Source: a virus
Length of the DNA: 64,000 nt
Reading direction: 5' to 3' (one strand)
Virus record (IMG/VR): IMGVR_UViG_3300048911_000270
Coordinates: 1,064-65,063 of that record
In this document: positions 1 through 8,902 of the stretch, in pieces
Position numbering within the stretch: the stretch's first letter is position 1
Layout: each line of letters opens with the position of its first letter
The notes under the pieces: generated by a model
What the model was told of the DNA's origin: nothing
What the model saw: the letters and a program-made list of their open reading frames with translations, nothing else
Databases searched by the model: none
Program-made: the position numbers and the translations under genes

Positions 1-3000
1 CTGATGCCGGGTGCCCGACGCGTAGCCGTGCAGGCTGCCCATCGACGCCATGCGCAGGGAGTCGCGGTTGTTGTAGACCGTCTCGCCGCCGTGGAAATTG
101 ACCAATTCGGGGCCGCGCTCGCCGACCCAGGCCAGGCCCGGGGCTGCGCCGTCGGTGCCGGTCCAGTAGCCCTTGGGGGCCTTGGAGGCGTTCGCCTGCT
201 GGACGTTGCTGATGTTACCGTAGGTAGCTACGATGTAACGGATTGCAGCCGCGACGTTCGCAACCGGGTCTGTGATTCCGCGTCCCCGCAGGCTGGAGGG
301 CACGTAGGCGTTGAAGGTCGACGGGATCGTTTGCGCCAGGCCCTGAGACGGGTGACCGGCCTTCGCGTTCGAGTCGGTCAGGTTGATCGCCTTGGGGTTC
401 CAGCCGCTCTCACGCGTGATCAGCGTGTTCAGGCCCGCCTGCCAGGCCGCGAGGGTGCCCGGCGGGGGAACCTTGGCCGCCTTCAGCGCCGCGTTGATGA
501 CCGCCAGGTGCTGCCCGGTGGGGATCGTCCCGTTGCGGGCGTGGAACGAGACCTTCTTGTCCTCGCTGTGGACGAAGTCCTTGATCTCCTTCAGCGGCTT
601 CTTCATGATCCCAGCGGCGAGGTTGCTCCAGTCGCCGCTGCCCGGAACCAGCTTGTCGATCGTGGAGTTGGCCTTGTTGATGACCGGGTCCACCACGACC
701 GCGAGAGCGCCCAGCGCGGCGTTCTCCAGGGCGTCCAAGCCCTTGCTGGCGGCGCTCTTCATGGAGGAGCCCGCGTCCTCGATCCAGCCGCCCAGACCGA
801 ACCGGCCGGAGCTGTTGGCGCCCTGGACGCTCCGGCCTCCGTGCAGGGCGGAGCGGAACGCCTTGACGCGCTCGTGGCCGCCCATCGCGGCGACGTCCTC
901 ACGGGTGAAAACGTGCTCGTCGGGCATCAGGACGGCGTTGACGGAGTCCTTGCCCGGCGTGGATCCCGGCGTGTGCGGGACGGCGCCGCCCTGGGCGAAG
1001 TGCGGGATCTTGTCGGTGTTGATCCGGCCCAGCGGGTTCTTCGTGTTGACGAAGCTCGCGATCTTGTCCATGATCGCGTAGATCGCGTCATTCCAGACAT
1101 ACTTGGCAACCCAGTAAATAGGCGTACCAATAGCCTTCTTGACGTTGTCCCAGACCTTCTGGATGCCCTTCCAGGCCGAGTCGAACGCGTCGATCAGGCC
1201 CTTCTTCATCGTCGTTCCCCAGCCGGGGATGGTCTTGGTGAAGAACGTCTTCATCGGCGCGAAGACGTTGTCCTTGATGGCCCGCCACTTCTCCCCGATC
1301 CAGTCCTGGATGCCCTGGAAGATCGGCTTGATGTACTGCGTCCACAGCGCCTTCGCCGCCCCGGCCACGGCGTCCCAGGCGGGCTTGATGATGTGGTTGT
1401 AGACCCACCGGAAGCCGTTGCCCATGGCCTTGAAGCCGTCGCCGATCCACCCGAACACCGGACCGAGGGTGTGGTTATACGTCGTCACAGCCGCAGAGGC
1501 GAACGCCTCCCAGGCAGGCTTCAGCAGGTGGTTGTACACCCACCGGAAGCCCGCGCCCAGAGCGTGCCACCCGGCCATGATCCAGCCGAAGACCGGCTTG
1601 AGGACGAAGAGCCACAGCGCCTTCACGGCGGCTTCCAGCAGGATGAAAACGACCTTGAAGATCGTGGAGTAGACGGTCCACCAGATCTTCGCCAGGAAGA
1701 CGAACGCGTCACCGATGAAGACCAGCGCGGGCTTGATGGTGTGCCACAGCCACAGAGCCCCGGCGGCGGTCGCCTCCCAGGCGGGCTTGAGCGCGTGGGT
1801 CCACAGCCACATGCCCCACTTGCCGACCTCCTGGAGGCCCGTCCAGATGCCCTGGAACATCGGCTTGAGGGCGTTGTTCCACACCCACAGGGAGGCCGTC
1901 TTGATTGCCGCCCAGGTGTAGGACCAGATCGTCTGGAACCAGGTCGTCTTGGTGGCGATCACGACCACGACTGCGATCAGCGCGACGATCGCGGTGACGA
2001 TCACACCGATCGGGCTGAGACCCCACGCGATCGTCAGGGCGATCCACGCGGTCTCCACGGCCTCGATCACGGTCACGAGGAAGCCCCAGACCGCCACGGC
2101 CGCGTTCCATCCGATGATGGCCAGCTTCCAGGCGATCATGGCGTCCGCGATCAGCCGGATCGTGCCCGGCGGCAGCGCGTTGACGATGTCCACGATCGCC
2201 TTGGAGGTGATCCCGATGACCGGGGCCAGCTCGATCGCCACGTCAGAGATCGACTGGAAGATCTCCCCCAGGGCCTTGACCGCTGCGGGCTTGAGGTTGG
2301 AGATCGCCAGGTTGATCGTGTCCAGCACGTCCGCGATGGCGTGCCCGTTGCTGGTGCCCGTCCCGTCGAGGATGTCCCAGATGTGCTTCACCGTCGTGAT
2401 CAGGCCGAGGAAGATCGGCTTGAGCTGGTGCCAGGACTGCATGAACCGCTCACGGAAACGTTCCGCCCCGCCGTTCTTGCCCCAGGCGCTCGCACGGTCG
2501 CCGAGCGTCTTGAAGTAGCCGGACATCTTCTCCGCGACCGGCCCGAAGGCCCGGACCAGCGCCCCGCCCGCCGTGGCGAAGCCCCGGAACGCCAGGATCG
2601 TGTTCCGGACGATCGGGATGCCGTACGTACGCAGGAAGGTCACGAACCGGGTCAGACCGTCGCCGGACATCCAGTTCTTGAGGCCGTCCGCGACATCCTG
2701 GATGACCGGGGCCATCTCCTTGATCAGCGGGATGAACTTCGGCAGCGCCAGCGCCGCGCCCTGGATGACCGTGGTGACCGGGGCCAGCGTGTACTTGCTG
2801 GTAGCCCCGATGAACGACTGCCAGGCACCCTTCGTCTGCTCCAGGGAGTTGTTGAACTTCTTCTCCGCCGGGGTGAGGTCATCAATGGCCTTCTTGTGGG
2901 CCTTCTCCGCCTCGGTGACGTCCTTCAGCGCCTTCTTGTACGCCTCGGTGCCCGCCGTGGTCCCGGCGAGGCGTTCCTGCGCCTTCTCCAGGGCGATCTG

Positions 3001-3852
3001 GGTCTGGTCGACGGCCTTCTTGTGGGCGACGGCCTGCTTGACCGCGCCCATCGTGGCCCCGGCGTAGATGCCCATGGCGCCACCGGCCGCGACACCGAAC
3101 GAGGCGGCGGCAGCGGTCGCCCCGCCCAGCAGGTTCGTCAGCGCGGGGAGCTGAGGCAGGACCGAGGCGATGAGCCCTGGAAGGCTCATGAGGGAACCCA
3201 GGTGCAGGTTCAGCGGGTCCTTGATCTTGCGGACCCTGCGCCGCGAGGTGTCGTCATCGTCGTCCGTGTCGCCGTCGCCGAGGTCCGGGACGCGCGGGGC
3301 ATCCGGGTCCGGGTCGGGAGTCGGGTCTCCCCCGCCGCGCCGGGCAGGACTGACACGCGGGTTGGGCCCGGTCGCGGTGCGGATCGTGATGGGGGCAGCG
3401 GCTGCGGCGCGGATGGCGGCGATGGAGGCTGCGGCGTTGCGGGTGTCCACGTCGGCGTGGATCGTGAGCGTCCGGGCGCTCATGGCGGTGATCGCTGCAT
3501 CTAAGGACGCGAGCGTCGCCAGGGCGGCCGTGTCGTCCACCTGGGCCCGGACGGTGATGGCCGTGTGGTTCAGGTGGTCGGCCTGGGCCTGTAACGAGGT
3601 GAGCTGTGCGGAGAGATCGGCGTAGCCCGATAAGGACGCGGTGACGGAGATGTCCCTAAGGCTGCGTAACTCCTCCTTCAAGGCGGTGATCTTGGCCTTG
3701 GCTTCGGTGTCGTCCAGCTCGATTTTCGGGGTGTACTTCTGCTTGGCGAACTCCTCGGCGTCCTTCTTGGCCTGCTGAAGGTCGCGGTTGAACTCGGAGC
3801 GGTCTAATCGAAGGTTGGCTTCGATGCTGCCAGCATTGTAAGAACCCGACAC
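1..3852 (-). CDS. Tape measure protein with C-terminal SLT lytic transglycosylase domain (runs off the window edge)
   Basis: Translated by hand from GTG at 3852 (RBS GAGGAG): MSGSYNAGSIEANLRLDRSEF..., long Ala/Trp-rich helical repeats, then SLT motif LITRESGWNPKAIN...GLAQTIPSTF...ANVAAAIRYI. Absent from the ORF track because there is no stop in the window. Lies downstream of the tail chaperone. Confidence 0.93.
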   Translation of the reverse strand, partial: MSGSYNAGSIEANLRLDRSEFNRDLQQAKKDAEEFAKQKYTPKIELDDTEAKAKITALKEELRSLRDISVTASLSGYADLSAQLTSLQAQADHLNHTAITVRAQVDDTAALATLASLDAAITAMSARTLTIHADVDTRNAAASIAAIRAAAAAPITIRTATGPNPRVSPARRGGGDPTPDPDPDAPRVPDLGDGDTDDDDDTSRRRVRKIKDPLNLHLGSLMSLPGLIASVLPQLPALTNLLGGATAAAASFGVAAGGAMGIYAGATMGAVKQAVAHKKAVDQTQIALEKAQERLAGTTAGTEAYKKALKDVTEAEKAHKKAIDDLTPAEKKFNNSLEQTKGAWQSFIGATSKYTLAPVTTVIQGAALALPKFIPLIKEMAPVIQDVADGLKNWMSGDGLTRFVTFLRTYGIPIVRNTILAFRGFATAGGALVRAFGPVAEKMSGYFKTLGDRASAWGKNGGAERFRERFMQSWHQLKPIFLGLITTVKHIWDILDGTGTSNGHAIADVLDTINLAISNLKPAAVKALGEIFQSISDVAIELAPVIGITSKAIVDIVNALPPGTIRLIADAMIAWKLAIIGWNAAVAVWGFLVTVIEAVETAWIALTIAWGLSPIGVIVTAIVALIAVVVVIATKTTWFQTIWSYTWAAIKTASLWVWNNALKPMFQGIWTGLQEVGKWGMWLWTHALKPAWEATAAGALWLWHTIKPALVFIGDAFVFLAKIWWTVYSTIFKVVFILLEAAVKALWLFVLKPVFGWIMAGWHALGAGFRWVYNHLLKPAWEAFASAAVTTYNHTLGPVFGWIGDGFKAMGNGFRWVYNHIIKPAWDAVAGAAKALWTQYIKPIFQGIQDWIGEKWRAIKDNVFAPMKTFFTKTIPGWGTTMKKGLIDAFDSAWKGIQKVWDNVKKAIGTPIYWVAKYVWNDAIYAIMDKIASFVNTKNPLGRINTDKIPHFAQGGAVPHTPGSTPGKDSVNAVLMPDEHVFTREDVAAMGGHERVKAFRSALHGGRSVQGANSSGRFGLGGWIEDAGSSMKSAASKGLDALENAALGALAVVVDPVINKANSTIDKLVPGSGDWSNLAAGIMKKPLKEIKDFVHSEDKKVSFHARNGTIPTGQHLAVINAALKAAKVPPPGTLAAWQAGLNTLITRESGWNPKAINLTDSNAKAGHPSQGLAQTIPSTFNAYVPSSLRGRGITDPVANVAAAIRYIVATYGNISNVQQANASKAPKGYWTGTDGAAPGLAWVGERGPELVNFHGGETVYNNRDSLRMASMGSLHGYASGTRHQ

Positions 3853-3963
3853 TGGCCCGACCTCTCCTCGCCCGAGTACGCATGTCGGATATGTAGCCGA
3901 CGCTCCAAGATTACCTTTTGGGGGTCGGGCAGTATAGAGCGATCTCCCGTTTATGAAAATGCT

Positions 3964-3998
3964 CGTGGGGTCGGAGCTATTTCAGCTCCGACCCCACG
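3964..3998. terminator. Stem-loop between the tail chaperone and tape measure genes
   Basis: CGTGGGGTCGGAGCT-atttc-AGCTCCGACCCCACG perfect inverted repeat. Confidence 0.5.
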
Positions 3999-4023
3999 AT
4001 CTCCACCCGGCACGGCGAGTCTT

Positions 4024-4269
4024 TTAGACCCCTGGAGGAAGGTCGTCCCAGCTCGTCAATTCGACGGCGCCTCCCGACGAACCACCGTCGTCGTCCTCCC
4101 CATGGAACTCAGGGTCCTGGTTTAGTTGTTCGACGTACATCCGCTGGTCGTGCCAGGGAAGTGCGTCCCACTGCTGCCGGGTGAGGCCGAGGATTTTCAG
4201 CACCGTGTAATACAACCGGCGCTGGTCCTCTCCTCCGGTCAGTCCGTCGTAGCGGCCATCAATTTTCCC
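4024..4269 (-). CDS. Tail assembly chaperone -1 frameshift extension
   Basis: The -1 frame after G GGA AAA reads PGKIDGRYDG...LGLTRQQWDALPWHDQRMY...; classic G/GT arrangement. Confidence 0.8.
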   Translation of the reverse strand, partial: GKIDGRYDGLTGGEDQRRLYYTVLKILGLTRQQWDALPWHDQRMYVEQLNQDPEFHGEDDDGGSSGGAVELTSWDDLPPGV

Positions 4270-4628
4270 GGGTTGAACTGCTCCTGGAGCCACCGGGAGA
4301 AGAGAACCTTGTGGCGCCAGGGAAGCTGGGCCAGGATCTCGACGGACGGGGTGTTCTTGCACAGACGCGCAGTGAGGGCGTCCATCTTCTTCTCCAGCTC
4401 ATCGGCGCGGTCGGAGATCTTGTCCATCTCCTCGTCCGATAACTGCTCGGGGTCGATGTCCTGGACGTCCTTGTACTCGCGGACGACGGCGAGGACGGCC
4501 TTGCGGTAGCCCGCCATGGCCTGCTGGGACGGCTCGGGAACCGTGCCCTTGGCCTCGGGGCCCTCCACGAAACCGGTGAAGTCGTAGTCCAGCGGCTCGA
4601 CGGCCGTTGCTGCGGTGAAACCTGCCAT
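4239..4628 (-). CDS. Tail assembly chaperone (short form)
   Basis: MAGFTAATAVEPLDYDF...QFNPGKLMAATTD, between major tail and tape measure; contains slippery GGGAAAA at 4269-4263. Confidence 0.85.
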   Translation of the reverse strand: MAGFTAATAVEPLDYDFTGFVEGPEAKGTVPEPSQQAMAGYRKAVLAVVREYKDVQDIDPEQLSDEEMDKISDRADELEKKMDALTARLCKNTPSVEILAQLPWRHKVLFSRWLQEQFNPGKLMAATTD

Positions 4629-4690
4629 GGTGCTGTAGTCCTTCTCGCTGTGCCGGGTGAATAGTTCGATGTGAGGGATCACGAAGGCCC

Positions 4691-5284
4691 TTAGAGAGCG
4701 GCGGCGATCATTTCCTGGATGACGACCTGGGACGGCGCGCACGTGCCTTCGAACTGGAAGCTGTACATGCGCTTCTCGTTGGACCGGCGGAACGAGGTGT
4801 CCACGTTCGATCCGACGACGCCCTGCGGGATCAGGTACCGGCGCCAGTAGCCCTGGACGTTGACCGTCTCCAGGCCGATGGCCCAGGAGTTGAGGTTGTC
4901 CTGGAGCGTGAGCGTCTGGTAGCCGGGGATGCCGGTCGCCGCAGCGGTGGTGACGAGCGTGCCGCCGCCGTAGGCCCACAGCGCGTGCTGAAGGTTGTCC
5001 TCGGCGAGGTCGCCTGACACCTGGTAGCTGTGGCTGTCGGCGAGGACGAGAGCGGGGGTGCTCTGCTCCTCGATGTTGATGGTCTTGGTCGACGTGCCGA
5101 TCTGGAGCTTCCAGCCCTGGTCGGTGGCGCCGAGGTTCTGCCAGTTACCGCCCCAGTCAGCCCCCTTGGCGACGGTAACCGCCGGTAAGAGAGCGGGGAT
5201 CGCCGGGTCGTACGGCTGGATCCAGGCACTTGCGACGCCGACGACGACGTTCTTCGGATTGATCGATCCGGGCGTAGTAACCAC
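4691..5284 (-). CDS. Major tail protein
   Basis: 197 aa with WQNLGATDQGWKLQI...INIEEQSTP motif typical of actinophage tail tube proteins; synteny. Confidence 0.8.
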   Translation of the reverse strand: MVTTPGSINPKNVVVGVASAWIQPYDPAIPALLPAVTVAKGADWGGNWQNLGATDQGWKLQIGTSTKTINIEEQSTPALVLADSHSYQVSGDLAEDNLQHALWAYGGGTLVTTAAATGIPGYQTLTLQDNLNSWAIGLETVNVQGYWRRYLIPQGVVGSNVDTSFRRSNEKRMYSFQFEGTCAPSQVVIQEMIAAAL

Positions 5285-5419
5285 TTCCCTAAATAGCTCT
5301 TCCGGTCCCCCGGATAGAGGCGTTTTCCTGGTCCGCGTTTGTTGGCCTTACGCCCGGACCTTAGAAGCCTGCCAGTGGCAAGTATAAAGTCGCGGATCAC
5401 CAATGCCAACTACGGGCTA

Positions 5420-5647
5420 TTACGCGCTTTCGCGGTAACGGATCCCGTACTTGAGGCACATCATGCGGACGATGTCCGCGTCCCGGGGCGAATAGCCGGT
5501 GCCCGCAGGAGTGAGGTCGGGAAGGCCCACGCCGCCCAACTGGAACAGCGTGTTCGGGTGCTCCAGGTAGAGGTACACCAGCGGCTCCGGAGCCTCGGGT
5601 GCCTTTTCCACCTGCGCCTTCGCCGGTGAAGCCTTTTCTACTGCCAT
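5420..5647 (-). CDS. Small hypothetical virion-module protein
   Basis: MAVEKASPAKAQVEK..., 75 aa, RBS GAGGA, in the structural operon. Confidence 0.55.
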   Translation of the reverse strand: MAVEKASPAKAQVEKAPEAPEPLVYLYLEHPNTLFQLGGVGLPDLTPAGTGYSPRDADIVRMMCLKYGIRYRESA

Positions 5648-5657
5648 GACGTTTTCC

Positions 5658-6101
5658 TCAGCTCTCGTAAATGCTGGATTCGGCTTCGACCACATACATG
5701 GCCTGAAAGGACGGCCGGTTGGCACTGTCCAGGGGCTGCCCGGCCGGGCTGCCCTGCGGGGTCGAGCCGAACCGGGAGATGTAGACGACCTGCTCACCAC
5801 CGATGACCGGGCGCCCGGCCGTGATGATGACCTTGTCGATGTCCCGGGCCAGTTGCTCCGTCTCGGCGAACACGTCGTTCCACGTCGCCGCAGACAACCC
5901 CATCCGGCCAACGACCTTCACCTGAAAGGCGCGGGCCTCGATGTGACCGTCGACCTGCATGCTCCCGCCGCCGACCGGAGTCACCACGAGGTACTTCCGG
6001 GGCTCCGACGGCGGACCCACGGGCCCTTGGTAGATGACCGGCATCTCCTGGCCGTCCAGGGGCTGCTCTCCCAGCCAGTTCATGAAGTCTCTGGTGAGCA
6101 T
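5658..6101 (-). CDS. Tail terminator-like protein
   Basis: MLTRDFMNWL...FQVKVVGR...RPSFQAMYVVE; position upstream of major tail; ATG overlaps the upstream TGA. Confidence 0.65.
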   Translation of the reverse strand: MLTRDFMNWLGEQPLDGQEMPVIYQGPVGPPSEPRKYLVVTPVGGGSMQVDGHIEARAFQVKVVGRMGLSAATWNDVFAETEQLARDIDKVIITAGRPVIGGEQVVYISRFGSTPQGSPAGQPLDSANRPSFQAMYVVEAESSIYES

Positions 6102-6561
6102 CAGAAGATCCCCAGCGCCTTCAGTTCCTGCTTGGCCCGCAGCTCGTCCTCGGTGAGGCGGTGCACGTTCGGCGGGCGGTGGTAGACCTGGTCGGTCCCG
6201 TCCAGCACTTCCGGGGAGCCCGACGCCCGCAGGTCGTGGAACTCCCGGGGGGCCAGCTCGTAGTACTCCAGGTTGAGGTCTTCCATGGACTCGGCCATCG
6301 CCCGGTGCATGGCCTCCCGGCCGTCCAGAATGGCGTCTGCGAGCTTGTGCAGGATCTCGGGGTTCTTGTTCATCAGCGCCGTGGCCAGAGCCAGCGCGAT
6401 ACCGCCCTGAGGGTGGTTGAACTCGATGCCGACTTCCTGGTAGTGAGCATAAACTGTATGCTAGGTCTGACCTGATCAACAGTGAGAGTGCCAGTTAAGT
6501 CGGTGGCACTCGCGTTGATCAGTTCGTCAATCCCTTCGGAGAAGGAATTACCCATGGACAT
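6101..6561 (-). CDS. HK97 gp10-like tail completion protein, frame-disrupted by a 17 nt insertion at about 6455-6471
   Basis: 5' part M(SM)GNSFSEGIDELIN...TLTVDQV and 3' part VYAHYQEVGIEFNHPQGG...LAPREFHDLRASG join into the family VDQVYAHYQ motif if 17 nt are skipped; strong RBS GAGGAGGTG. Confidence 0.7.
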
Positions 6562-7087
6562 CACCTCCTCGAACTCCGCCGAACCCGCAACCGGTTCCAG
6601 CACCTGCGCTGTGGACGACTGCACGAGCGCCGTGTGGGCCCGCAAGATGTGCTCCCGCCATTACCAAAACTGGCGGCTGTACGGCTCCCCACACGGCACT
6701 GGATGGCACGATCCCGACAACATCCGGGATCGTCGTATCGCGTTCTTCTGGGAGAACGTGACCAAGCAGGGACCTGACGACTGTTGGCCCTGGAATCGCA
6801 AGCCCACGGCCAACGGTTACGGACAACTCCGCTGGCTGACAGGCACCGTTTCTGCGCATCGCGCCGCCTACGAGATCGCTTACGGACAACCCCCGAAGGC
6901 GATCGACGGCAAACGCGTGAACATAGACCACACCTGCCATGACCCGGCGGTATGCAAGCTGAAGACGGATTGTCCGCACCGGCTGTGCTGCAACCCGGCC
7001 CATCTGGAAGCTGTGACCTGGAGAGAGAATTTGGACCGAGGAGACACCAGTCGTCCCGGAAACGGCGGCCTGCCCACGGCGCGATAG
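6554..7087 (+). CDS. HNH homing endonuclease, antisense to the structural operon
   Basis: CWPW...GYG...SAHRAAYE...IDHTC...CCNPAHLEAVTWRENL; RBS GAAGGA. Confidence 0.88.
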   Translation: MDITSSNSAEPATGSSTCAVDDCTSAVWARKMCSRHYQNWRLYGSPHGTGWHDPDNIRDRRIAFFWENVTKQGPDDCWPWNRKPTANGYGQLRWLTGTVSAHRAAYEIAYGQPPKAIDGKRVNIDHTCHDPAVCKLKTDCPHRLCCNPAHLEAVTWRENLDRGDTSRPGNGGLPTAR

Positions 7088-7092
7088 CAACC

Positions 7093-7545
7093 TCACCACC
7101 ACTCCCGGCTGAGGTTGAACTGCTCCAGGCTGAACATGGAGCCCTCGTAGGCGTTCTCCACGACGGGGTTGTCCGTGCGCTGGGTGGACGCGGCGCCCGG
7201 GAGGGACAGCATGATTTCCCCGGTGCGGATCTTTTCCAGCGTCGCCATGGCGGACCCGGCCTTGACCTGCACCGGGTGGTTCTGCGCGATGGGGATGCTG
7301 CCGAGGTAAGTGATCGTGGCGTAGGACGCGGCAAGGTCACGCGAGAGCATGCGCACGATGGGCGGGACGGCGGAGGCCTCGATCGGCAGGGAGTATCGGG
7401 CGGTCAGGTAGCCGTCGATGAGCGCGTCGGCTTCATCGATCTTGTCCTGGATGTCCGGGTCCGGTAACACGGCGGCGCTGGTGGGGTCCATCAGCCCGCC
7501 GGAAGCGAGGGCCGTTCTGACGCTCGCTAACGTGGAGTACGACAT
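7093..7545 (-). CDS. Head-to-tail adaptor (Mu gp36/DUF1320-like)
   Basis: MSYST...IDEADALIDGYLTARYSLP...PPIVRMLSRDLA...LEKIRTGEIML. Confidence 0.8.
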   Translation of the reverse strand: MSYSTLASVRTALASGGLMDPTSAAVLPDPDIQDKIDEADALIDGYLTARYSLPIEASAVPPIVRMLSRDLAASYATITYLGSIPIAQNHPVQVKAGSAMATLEKIRTGEIMLSLPGAASTQRTDNPVVENAYEGSMFSLEQFNLSREWW

Positions 7546-7569
7546 TACGGCCCTCCCCTCTCGTAGGTG

Positions 7570-7869
7570 TTACTCGGCAGCCTTGGGGCGGCCCGGACGG
7601 CGCGCGGGGGCCTTCGGCTCCTCGGCCTTCTCCTCGGCCTTCTCCTCGGCCTTCTCCTCGGACTCCTTCGGCCCCTCGGCCTCGGGCTCCGCGTCCGCGT
7701 CGGGCTCCACGATCTCGCCGACGCCGTTGCGCACGTGGTACTCCGCGATGGACTGGGGGAGCTTGATCGACTCGCCCGTCTGTACCGGAAGCAGGCTGAC
7801 GCCCCGGTCGGGATGGAAGATCGACGTGTTCGGCCGGGTGACCCGGAACAGAACGTTCGCTTCTGCCAT
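7570..7869 (-). CDS. Hypothetical head-associated protein with acidic EEKA repeats
   Basis: 99 aa; three 12 nt AEEK repeats; C-terminal RRPGRPK. Confidence 0.6.
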   Translation of the reverse strand: MAEANVLFRVTRPNTSIFHPDRGVSLLPVQTGESIKLPQSIAEYHVRNGVGEIVEPDADAEPEAEGPKESEEKAEEKAEEKAEEPKAPARRPGRPKAAE

Positions 7870-7974
7870 TTACCTGACTCCTTGTGTCACTATGCCGGGC
7901 TGTGAAATAGCCTCAATGGGTCTTATCAGACAGACCCAATTCTGACACAAAAGTCAAGGCCGGGCCATAGTGGG

Positions 7975-8811
7975 CTATTTCCCCGGGACGTACTTCTTAC
8001 CATTCAGAATGTCCGACAGAAGCGGGGCCGAAATAGCCTCCTGCTGCGCGAAAGCCGTCCTCGTACCCCTGTGACCAGCAAACCTAGCCCGGATCTCCTC
8101 CGCCCGCTCCACCGTCATCTTCACCCGAGGCTTCCCACCCGACGGCACATAATCCGGATCCACCCACGTCTGGTTCGCCAGCAGATACGTGATAGTCGCC
8201 TTCACCACGCCATACTCCGCCGCCAGTTCGCCGTGCCGGTAGTTGCCTGTCGCATACTTCGCCCGGATCTCCCGGACTAGGGGCCACGTCAACTCGGCGG
8301 CAGGATTGTTGTCTCCCCGGCGGTGCTCCCCGCCCAGGTTGCTGAGGGGGACATAAGCGGGGTCGTGCCACAGCTTGTTCTGGAGGACGTCCTGCACGGT
8401 AGACCGATCGACCTGGAACCGGGCCGCCAAGTCGGCCTGCGTCCACTTGCGGGTGGCGAACAGTTCGCGCAACCACGTGGCATCCGTGCGCGACAGAGCG
8501 GTGGTGCCGTTGATGACGCGGTCGTCCGACTGTTCAGCAGCGGTTCCCCAGCAGAGGTTGGAGAAGTGGTTGTTGAACGGGTTGCTGTCCCGGTGCCGTA
8601 CCTGCGCCTCCGGGAAGGGCTTCGCCCCGTGGAACGCCTCGCAGACCAACGTGTGGACGCGCCGGGAGTACTTCTTGCCGTCGAGGTGCACGATCACTTG
8701 CAGGTAGCCGTGGTTGCCTATCACCGGCTTCACCACCGAGCGCGGGCCGGTGATCTGCCCGTCTTCGCGGATCCGGTACAGGGTGAACGTGGGGTGTGTG
8801 AGTTCCAGCAT
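7975..8811 (-). CDS. HNH endonuclease with three C-terminal HTH-like repeats
   Basis: GYLQV...RVHTLVCEAFHG...VRHRDSNPFNNHFSNLCWGT, then repeated LAAxYGV/LAARFQV modules; TAGCAT -10 box 7 nt before ATG suggests a leaderless transcript. Confidence 0.85.
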   Translation of the reverse strand: MLELTHPTFTLYRIREDGQITGPRSVVKPVIGNHGYLQVIVHLDGKKYSRRVHTLVCEAFHGAKPFPEAQVRHRDSNPFNNHFSNLCWGTAAEQSDDRVINGTTALSRTDATWLRELFATRKWTQADLAARFQVDRSTVQDVLQNKLWHDPAYVPLSNLGGEHRRGDNNPAAELTWPLVREIRAKYATGNYRHGELAAEYGVVKATITYLLANQTWVDPDYVPSGGKPRVKMTVERAEEIRARFAGHRGTRTAFAQQEAISAPLLSDILNGKKYVPGK

Positions 8812-8839
8812 GCCCTACATGCTACATCATTACTAGAAC

Positions 8840-8873
8840 GCCAGAACCCCCTCCGTTTGGAGGGGGTTCTGGC
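8840..8873. terminator. Intrinsic terminator after the major capsid gene
   Basis: GCCAGAACCCCCTCC-gttt-GGAGGGGGTTCTGGC. Confidence 0.65.
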
Positions 8874-8902
8874 AGCTCGTAGGCCTGTGACCTGCGGGTA
8901 TG

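Noticed and set aside
4-3504. 1166 aa plus-strand ORF
   Set aside because: Antisense shadow of the tape measure gene; Arg/Gly-rich composition typical of the GC-rich opposite strand.
6455-7093. Group I intron hosting the antisense HNH
   Set aside because: The HNH lies between genes rather than inside one, no P/Q/R/S core elements are visible, and the 17 nt insert is too small to self-splice.
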